The notes beneath the pieces were generated by a model, which was not told the DNA's origin, searched no databases, and saw only the letters and a list, made by a program, of their open reading frames with translations. 64,000 nucleotides of DNA from a virus (lineage: Duplodnaviria; Caudoviricetes). Below, piece after piece: positions 57,689-64,000 of the stretch. Positions within the stretch are counted from its first letter, which is position 1, and each line of letters opens with the position of its first letter. Position numbers and translations under genes: made by a program. The stretch lies in IMG/VR virus record IMGVR_UViG_3300043468_001158, one strand, 5' to 3'.

Positions 57689-60600
57689 TTAAGCTGCTAT
57701 TGTTGTTGCCACCACTTTGAATACTGTTACAGCATTAGCTACAGTTGCAGCAATCAAACGAATTTGACCGCCACTAATATCAACCGCAAAAGTTGCTAAT
57801 GAAGAACCTGTAAACATTGTTCCATATTCATTGACCCAAGTATCAGTGCCGTTATGAATGACATGGATTTTAGTAGTATGATACGAAGTTCCAGAAGTTG
57901 CTTGTATCAAGTATTCAACAGTTCTATACGATGCTGAAGCTAGTTGCATAATCACTTGGTTTGCATCAGTCGTAGAAGTGGTAAGTGATGTTGAAGAAGT
58001 ATTGCCGCATGCAGTACCAAACTGAGTAGCAGTGACTGTTCCACTTGCTGATACATTAGTTGTGCTAAAAGTACCAGTTCCACTAAAAGTATATGTATAA
58101 TGTGTTGCTACAGAATCTAACGTTCCCGCAGTTGAAGCTACAAATAACTGAGCACCTGATGCACCACTATTTCTTAGCACATAACCATAAGTATTAGTGC
58201 CAAGATGTTTCCAACCAGCATTCCAATACATCCCATTACTAATGTAAGAACCCTCAGTAGAACCAGATGAATACAAATAGCTTGGTATTACGTTAGCTGG
58301 TAATGAACCACTTGTTACATTAGATGCATTTAGATTGGTAAGATTCGCACCAGATACCGCACCAAAAGAACCTGACCAAGTACCAGAAGTAATAGTACCA
58401 ACAGATGTCAAGCTTGAAGAAACTATTGAAGAACCTAAAGTAGTCGCATTCAATACATCAACATTGTTGATTTTGAATGCTTTACCAGTTGCTAAGTTCC
58501 AGTTTTCAGAAGAAGTCCAGTTAGCATTAGCATTATCCCAAAGAATAGTTTTGTCAGTAGCACCTTTCAATGTAATACCACCACCATCAGCAGTGACGTT
58601 TGTTGGAGTTGTAACTGAGCCAAGTTCTATGTTCTTATCATCAACAGTAAGAGTTGTTGAATTGACAGTGGTTGTTGTACCATTGATAGTAAGATTTCCA
58701 GTAACGACTAAGTTAGTAGAAAAAGTTGCATTAGTTGCATCAAATGTTACATATGTAGTAGCAGCATTACCAAATGCATGAGTTCCTAAACTCGGGTCAC
58801 GTTCCCACCAGGTTTTACTATCAGTTCCTGGAGTACCAAAAGAAACATCAATAGCAACACCTTGATGAAGTTTTACATTGTCCCATCCAGCACCAACACT
58901 TTTTCTAACTAAGTAGCTAATATCTTTTACTGTATTTCCGTCAGCTGATGCATTTTGAATAACGATTGCAACATTATTTCCGACAGAAGCACCGATGTTA
59001 GTAGTATTAGTAACATTGATAGTTCCAACTTTTCCGATATTGGCAGCTGTTCCTAATGTCAATCCGCCAGAATTGAATGTTGCAAATACAGTACCACCAT
59101 CTTGACTTCGAATATATGTTGTAGATGCATCAAGATAAGCAGCTCCACCCCATAACTCAAAATTAGAACCACCGTTATTCTCTGAACGAAGAACTAAGGC
59201 ACCACCTACTGCAGTATTAGTAATGTTCAAAATACCTGTTTGATTGACAATAGCAGAATTAGTACCATCATGAACCATGTACAAGTCATTTCCTGTACCA
59301 ACATAAATGGCATTATTATCTTCGACTTTTACATGACCACCAAATATGGCTGAAGCAGATGATAATGATAATTCTGACGTTCCACCAATATAGAAGTTAT
59401 AACTATTAGCTGTTCTGTCATATGCAATGTAATCTGTGCTATCAAACACAACTATCGGATTTGCGCCGGATGCGCCCATATAAAAGTTACTAGTAATAGA
59501 ACTAGGATAGAATGATGTAGAACCACTAGCTTCTACAGCCATACGTTTTGTAAGCGTAGTGCCTAATTGAGTTAAAAACTCAATGTTGCCATTGTCAGTA
59601 ACTCCATCAAAAGTCGAACCAGCGACGAAGTGAATTCTAGCAACATCATCAGATCCTGAGCCGTTCCAACCCCAACCGGCGACACTGCCAAGAATATCAC
59701 CTGATTGAACTACAGCTGGAGCCGCAGAAGAACCGCGAGCTGATTGAAGTTCAATAGCTGGAAATCCACCAGCAAATCCGCTGTTATAATTTAGTATTGC
59801 GATACCTGGCCATTGAGCGACAGTTGAACTAGTGTTTTGTACTATCAATCTTGTAGAAGCATCAGCAGCTGAAATTAAAGGAGCAGTACTAAAAGTTTTG
59901 AAACCAGTAATAGTTTCAGTTCCTGCTAAATGAACAACGTTACTATCAGTTGCTAATGTTGCAGTATCTAAAGTCCAAGTATCAGCAGCAGTCTTTTTCA
60001 AATAACCTGAAGTACCAGCAAGTGCAGCAATAGCAGTTAAGTCTGCATCAAGAGCTTGCTTATTATTCAATTGAGTTTGAATAGCAGATGTTACACCTGA
60101 TAAGTAATTGACTTCAGCAGAAGTAGCAGTGATTGCATCAATCCAAGTATTTTGAGCAGATGTCAAATGAATGGTTTCATCAGTAGTATGTGATAACGGA
60201 GCCGCATCAGTAATACCATAACCTGCAAGTGTAGTTGCTCTGCCAGTAACATCAGCCCAAGCTAAGTAAGCATCGATTGTGCCTTTAGTACCAACTACTA
60301 TGTCACCGACAGATGACGTAACTTCTGGAACAAATGTGAATTTACCGGTACTTTTATCATATCCAAAGAAACCTTCTTTCTCATTAGTGCCATTATGCCA
60401 TTTAAATTTCCATCCTCTATCGTATGCATTGTTAGCTTGGCCGCCTAAAGAAGCTATCAAAGGAATGTATTGACGAGTATAGAAGCTAGAACATGTAACA
60501 GTACCTTGACAGTTCATATTTGTTGAAGTACCTAAACTTCCAGTAATATCACATCCGGCGGCATTGAAATAAGCAATCGTTGTTCCACCTTGTGTTCTAA

Positions 60601-62764
60601 TAGATGTTGCGGCAGAATCGATAAATAAACTGCCATTCAATAGTTCTATATTACTACCAGCTCCAGAATAGCAATTCAAGTAAATTGCTTGAGCTCCATT
60701 TACTGTCAAGTTACCAGTGCTATTAGTAATGGTGGCATGTGCACCGGAATGCGTCAATCCTAAATCGTTATCAGTACCTAAGTAGAAGTTACTTGCATCT
60801 GGAAGTTTGATACCTGCACTGAAGGTTTTCAAACCAGTAGCAGTTTCAGCTCCAGCCAAATGCATCGCTAAACTGTCAGTTGCATAAGTAGTAGTATCTA
60901 ATGTCCATGTATCAACAGCAGTTTTCTTCAAGAAACCTGAAGTTCCAGCCAGTGCAGCAATAGCAGTCAAATCTGCGTCAAGAGCTTGAGCATCGGTAAT
61001 TCCATAACCTGCAAGTGTGGTAGGATTGCTACCAGCAGTGACACGTCCAAAGTCATCAGTAGTGACTGATTTGTATGTACCTGCAGTACCAACTTTGACA
61101 AGTGATAATTGAGCATTGGTCAATGTGCTTGAAGTAGTACCATCAACTGTAGTCATCAATCCGCCAGTCGCATATACATCAACACCGACTTCATCAGTTG
61201 GCAATTGAGCAATACCTGCACCAAGATTGACATCAAGTGTGTTACCTGATTTGACTAAACCAACACCAGCAGTAATACCTGAAGCTCCATTGAACTGAGT
61301 AAATGCAATAGCATCTGTTTCTAAAGTTGATACATTATTGACTTGTGTCCAACCTGTATCAGCAAAAGTAGTACCACCTTCAACAAATACTGCAGCACTA
61401 TTCACTTCGTTGATTGGAGTAGTTGCATCCATATCTGTTGAACGAGTCCAAGCACCAGCAGCCACGACATAGATACCGTTAGCAGAAGCAGTTGTTTGAT
61501 TTTTCACAAGAACTCGATTACCAGCAACAAGTGCAACACCATCAACTGTTTGAGCACCTGATAAAGTGATGTTTCCATTAGTTGCAGCTTTTACTGAATT
61601 CTTCCATGTCAAGCCCGCTAAGTTGCCATCAACATAGTTCTTATTCACTGCATCAGTACCAACTGAAGGAGCATCAGTCAATGTGATATGTTGTCCTGTT
61701 GGAATGACAATACTTCCTGTCATTGAACCACCAGCTTTAGGAAGAGCTGCAGAAGCGACATCATAAGCAGATTTCACAGCAGTAGAAGTAGCAGCTAATA
61801 CTGAAGAAGTAGTTGAAGTACTATCTGAAAGTTGAGCAACACCAGCTTGAGATGTAGAAGCTGATTGAATTGCAACTGATTGAATACCAGTAACATGACC
61901 ATTAGCATCAAATGTCAAATCCTGAACATATGTCAATCCTGAGTTATTCGCAGATGTTGCACCTGATACTGATGGATGAGCAGTCAAGTAAGTGTTAGTA
62001 TCTAATGCCCATGTATTAGCACCAGTTTTTGTAAGAATACCTGAAGTACCCGCAAGTCCAGCAATTGATGATAAGTCTCCATCAAGCGGTTGTGCATCAG
62101 TAATACCATAACCACCAAGTGTAGTTGGCTTGCCAGTTAGTGATGCAAATGTTGGTGTTGCAGCTGATATTGCTGAATTGACTTCTGCTTTAGTATAAGT
62201 TTCAGTTTTAGTATATGCATCAGTGATACCATAACCTGCAAGAGTATCTGGTTCTCCTTCAATTGCGTCCCAAGAAACGAGAGCTGGTTGAACCTCTACC
62301 CAAATAGCATCATAGTCATCCCAATAATAAAAGCCTTTTGAAGCACCACCGATAGGTGTAGTAGCATAAAACATTTGAAAATTTTCTGGAGTACTTGGCC
62401 ATTCGTCACCAACCATCAATTTGCCAGGAGCTCCAGCAACTGCATTCAATCCAGATTGTGTTGCATATTGAGTAGTATCTAAACTCCAAGTATTTGCTGC
62501 AGTCTTTTTCAATAAACCAGTATTACCAACTAATGAAGCGATTGCGACTAAATCTGGGTCCATTTCAGCGGAAGCAATCTTTATCCAAATGGTTGTTGGC
62601 GAAACTTGCGAACAGTAGTGAAGTCCAACATCGCCAGATGTCAAGTAAAAAAGCTCACCAATGTCAGGTGGGTTTGCTGGGCCGGTAGGAAAAGAAGTCC
62701 CATGAGCGACTACTGGGTTAGTAATCTGAGAGCCTTCAAGAAGTGTTAATCCATCTATCTTCAT
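57689..62764 (-). CDS. large proximal tail fibre protein (1691 aa)
   Basis: Repeated PTTLAGYGITDA and DLTAIAALAG.SG.LKKTA.DTWTLDT blocks, DAVNKNYVD, LSGAQTVDGV...RVLVKNQ, GNLTINGTTTTVNSTTLTVDDKNIELG. Confidence 0.88.
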   Translation of the reverse strand: MKIDGLTLLEGSQITNPVVAHGTSFPTGPANPPDIGELFYLTSGDVGLHYCSQVSPTTIWIKIASAEMDPDLVAIASLVGNTGLLKKTAANTWSLDTTQYATQSGLNAVAGAPGKLMVGDEWPSTPENFQMFYATTPIGGASKGFYYWDDYDAIWVEVQPALVSWDAIEGEPDTLAGYGITDAYTKTETYTKAEVNSAISAATPTFASLTGKPTTLGGYGITDAQPLDGDLSSIAGLAGTSGILTKTGANTWALDTNTYLTAHPSVSGATSANNSGLTYVQDLTFDANGHVTGIQSVAIQSASTSQAGVAQLSDSTSTTSSVLAATSTAVKSAYDVASAALPKAGGSMTGSIVIPTGQHITLTDAPSVGTDAVNKNYVDGNLAGLTWKNSVKAATNGNITLSGAQTVDGVALVAGNRVLVKNQTTASANGIYVVAAGAWTRSTDMDATTPINEVNSAAVFVEGGTTFADTGWTQVNNVSTLETDAIAFTQFNGASGITAGVGLVKSGNTLDVNLGAGIAQLPTDEVGVDVYATGGLMTTVDGTTSSTLTNAQLSLVKVGTAGTYKSVTTDDFGRVTAGSNPTTLAGYGITDAQALDADLTAIAALAGTSGFLKKTAVDTWTLDTTTYATDSLAMHLAGAETATGLKTFSAGIKLPDASNFYLGTDNDLGLTHSGAHATITNSTGNLTVNGAQAIYLNCYSGAGSNIELLNGSLFIDSAATSIRTQGGTTIAYFNAAGCDITGSLGTSTNMNCQGTVTCSSFYTRQYIPLIASLGGQANNAYDRGWKFKWHNGTNEKEGFFGYDKSTGKFTFVPEVTSSVGDIVVGTKGTIDAYLAWADVTGRATTLAGYGITDAAPLSHTTDETIHLTSAQNTWIDAITATSAEVNYLSGVTSAIQTQLNNKQALDADLTAIAALAGTSGYLKKTAADTWTLDTATLATDSNVVHLAGTETITGFKTFSTAPLISAADASTRLIVQNTSSTVAQWPGIAILNYNSGFAGGFPAIELQSARGSSAAPAVVQSGDILGSVAGWGWNGSGSDDVARIHFVAGSTFDGVTDNGNIEFLTQLGTTLTKRMAVEASGSTSFYPSSITSNFYMGASGANPIVVFDSTDYIAYDRTANSYNFYIGGTSELSLSSASAIFGGHVKVEDNNAIYVGTGNDLYMVHDGTNSAIVNQTGILNITNTAVGGALVLRSENNGGSNFELWGGAAYLDASTTYIRSQDGGTVFATFNSGGLTLGTAANIGKVGTINVTNTTNIGASVGNNVAIVIQNASADGNTVKDISYLVRKSVGAGWDNVKLHQGVAIDVSFGTPGTDSKTWWERDPSLGTHAFGNAATTYVTFDATNATFSTNLVVTGNLTINGTTTTVNSTTLTVDDKNIELGSVTTPTNVTADGGGITLKGATDKTILWDNANANWTSSENWNLATGKAFKINNVDVLNATTLGSSIVSSSLTSVGTITSGTWSGSFGAVSGANLTNLNASNVTSGSLPANVIPSYLYSSGSTEGSYISNGMYWNAGWKHLGTNTYGYVLRNSGASGAQLFVASTAGTLDSVATHYTYTFSGTGTFSTTNVSASGTVTATQFGTACGNTSSTSLTTSTTDANQVIMQLASASYRTVEYLIQATSGTSYHTTKIHVIHNGTDTWVNEYGTMFTGSSLATFAVDISGGQIRLIAATVANAVTVFKVVATTIAA

Positions 62765-62825
62765 GTGATTGGTCCTTTATGTGTAATAGAGAATGAGAGT
62801 ATTATTTGAACTTGCGAACTACTGC

Positions 62826-62833
62826 TATTTATA
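62826..62833 (-). promoter_or_regulatory. T4-type late promoter for the fibre block
   Basis: TATTTATA on + strand, 62 nt upstream of the start at 62764. Confidence 0.65.
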
Positions 62834-62883
62834 AGATAATATGATTTATGTATCGGTTTAGAAACAATTGAACAATGTTTTTC

Positions 62884-63105
62884 TTATGTGGAAGAAACAC
62901 TAAAATATGTCATTTTTATGTCATTTATGTGGAAGAAAAAACTGACAGACTAAGGGTATTATATTATGTTTAGAATGTCCTCCTTGTAGATGATAGTCTT
63001 CTTTTATGTAGTTTCATGTTTATTTCTAGTCTTCTTTTTATAACTTATTGATTTTATTACACTTTTATTTTATCATTGTCTTCGTAACTTATTGATTTTA
63101 TTACA
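62884..63105. repeat. intergenic repeat element, right copy, inverted relative to 34124-34355
   Basis: 14-mer repeat at 62884/62925; 23-mer at 62937-62959; 21-bp direct repeat 63041-63061 / 63085-63105, each with reverse-strand IHF consensus AATCAATAAGTTA. Confidence 0.75.
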
Positions 63106-63223
63106 ACTTTTTCAAACATATTGATTTTATTGCTTGTTAGCCATAACATTTTTGCACTTTTTCTCAAAAATGTGATATAATGAACATTATTCACGGTAAA
63201 AGTCTAAGGAGAAGGTATTCACA

Positions 63224-63907
63224 ATGATTTGCACAACATTAACAGTATTCAATATCAGAAACTTATTTGTTGAATTGTTTCAACGAGGACAATTTGTAAT
63301 TGATAAATCAGGTGTCAAAACAGTTGAACTTATCAATGCAAGTTTTATTGCTGATGAAGATTCTATTTTTGGAACCCCATCTTCTGATTGGCATGAACGA
63401 GAACTTCAATGGTATTTGTCTCAATCAAGAAATGTAAATGATATTCCATCACCTATTCCAAAGATATGGGGAGAAATAGCAGATCATAGTGGTTTTATCA
63501 ATAGTAATTACGGATGGTGCATATTCTCATATGACAATGGAAATCAATTCAATGAATGTTTCAATGCATTGAATAAAAATCCTGATACTCGTCAGGCGAT
63601 TATGATTTATAATCGTCCATCAATGCATGAAGATTCAAAAGAATTTGGACGTAATGATTTTATGTGTTGTCAAAATGTGCAATATTTTATTCGAGATAAT
63701 CAATTGATAGCTATCGCAAACTGGAGAAGTAGCGATGCGGTATTTGGATATAAAGGGGATTTGTTTTGGAACAGATATGTGTTGGATAAATTACATAGTC
63801 AATTGCTAATAAAATATCCAACACTTCAAAAAGGTCCAATCATTTGGAACGCGGCATCACTTCACGTTTATGAACGCCACTTCCGCTTGATTGAGAAACT
63901 TATCTAA
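63224..63907 (+). CDS. 42: dCMP hydroxymethyltransferase (T4 gp42-like)
   Basis: Close to T4 gp42 as remembered: FVIDKSGVKTVE, ERELQWY, PKIW, INSNYGW, NPDTRQAIMIYNRPSM, DFMC; FGYKGD has the Asp of dCMP-specific enzymes; SLHVYERHF. Confidence 0.88.
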   Translation: MICTTLTVFNIRNLFVELFQRGQFVIDKSGVKTVELINASFIADEDSIFGTPSSDWHERELQWYLSQSRNVNDIPSPIPKIWGEIADHSGFINSNYGWCIFSYDNGNQFNECFNALNKNPDTRQAIMIYNRPSMHEDSKEFGRNDFMCCQNVQYFIRDNQLIAIANWRSSDAVFGYKGDLFWNRYVLDKLHSQLLIKYPTLQKGPIIWNAASLHVYERHFRLIEKLI

Positions 63908-64000
63908 TTGTTCAAAGAATACAGTTGAATTGAATGAAGATTGAATCCCAGCAAGTTTGCATTGTTGTTCAATAAGAATAGCTCTGTCTAAATCTTCTAA
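63857..64000 (-). CDS. partial ORF entering from beyond the window
   Basis: Open frame LEDLDRAILIEQQC...NVK* on the minus strand, overlapping the gp42-like 3' end by 51 nt. Confidence 0.35.
   Translation of the reverse strand, partial: LEDLDRAILIEQQCKLAGIQSSFNSTVFFEQLDKFLNQAEVAFINVK

Noticed and set aside
38563-62688. Many short + strand and off-frame ORFs within the fibre block (e.g. 38806-39042 His-rich, 45799-46032, 58335-58781)
   Set aside because: They are shadows of Gly/Thr-rich minus-strand genes, with no RBS or motifs.
34124-63105. Composite transposon defined by the inverted elements
   Set aside because: No transposase or target-site duplication is seen, and the enclosed genes are core structural genes; origin or inversion hypotheses are kept instead.
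63224-63907. Ordinary thymidylate synthase (ThyA)
   Set aside because: It lacks the ThyA PFN motif (Asp instead of Asn) and follows the gp42 pattern along its length.

Overview
This window is part of an AT-rich jumbo myophage genome related to the T4 superfamily. Support: clamp-loader subunits, a gp42-like dCMP hydroxymethylase, a beta-glucosyltransferase-like gene, and TATAAATA late promoters alongside sigma70-type TTTACA-N16/17-TATAAT early promoters. The host is probably a proteobacterium (OprO/P-type porin, IHF-consensus sites); this is inference. About 1-38.4 kb is mostly + strand replication, metabolism and counter-defence genes: a C-family polymerase split into two genes 10 kb apart, NAD salvage plus NADAR, NAD-dependent ligase, DHFR, a porin, a secreted metalloprotease and Ro60. 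About 38.4-62.8 kb is a minus-strand block of 12 tail-fibre or adhesin-like genes. The strongest candidates for undescribed biology are: (1) a coupled HAD-kinase / nucleotidyltransferase / nucleotidase / BGT-like operon that may build its own activated donor for cytosine hypermodification; (2) a ~300-nt RNA closed by a ~33-bp stem with one bulged C, directly upstream of Ro60 (Y-RNA-like); (3) a circularly permuted two-piece tmRNA next to a GIY-YIG endonuclease that is flanked by a relic second T-arm; (4) two inverted, IHF-site-rich intergenic elements 28.6 kb apart; (5) strong depletion of TTAA and GATC. All family assignments come from motifs read by eye and remembered family sequences; no database search was run.
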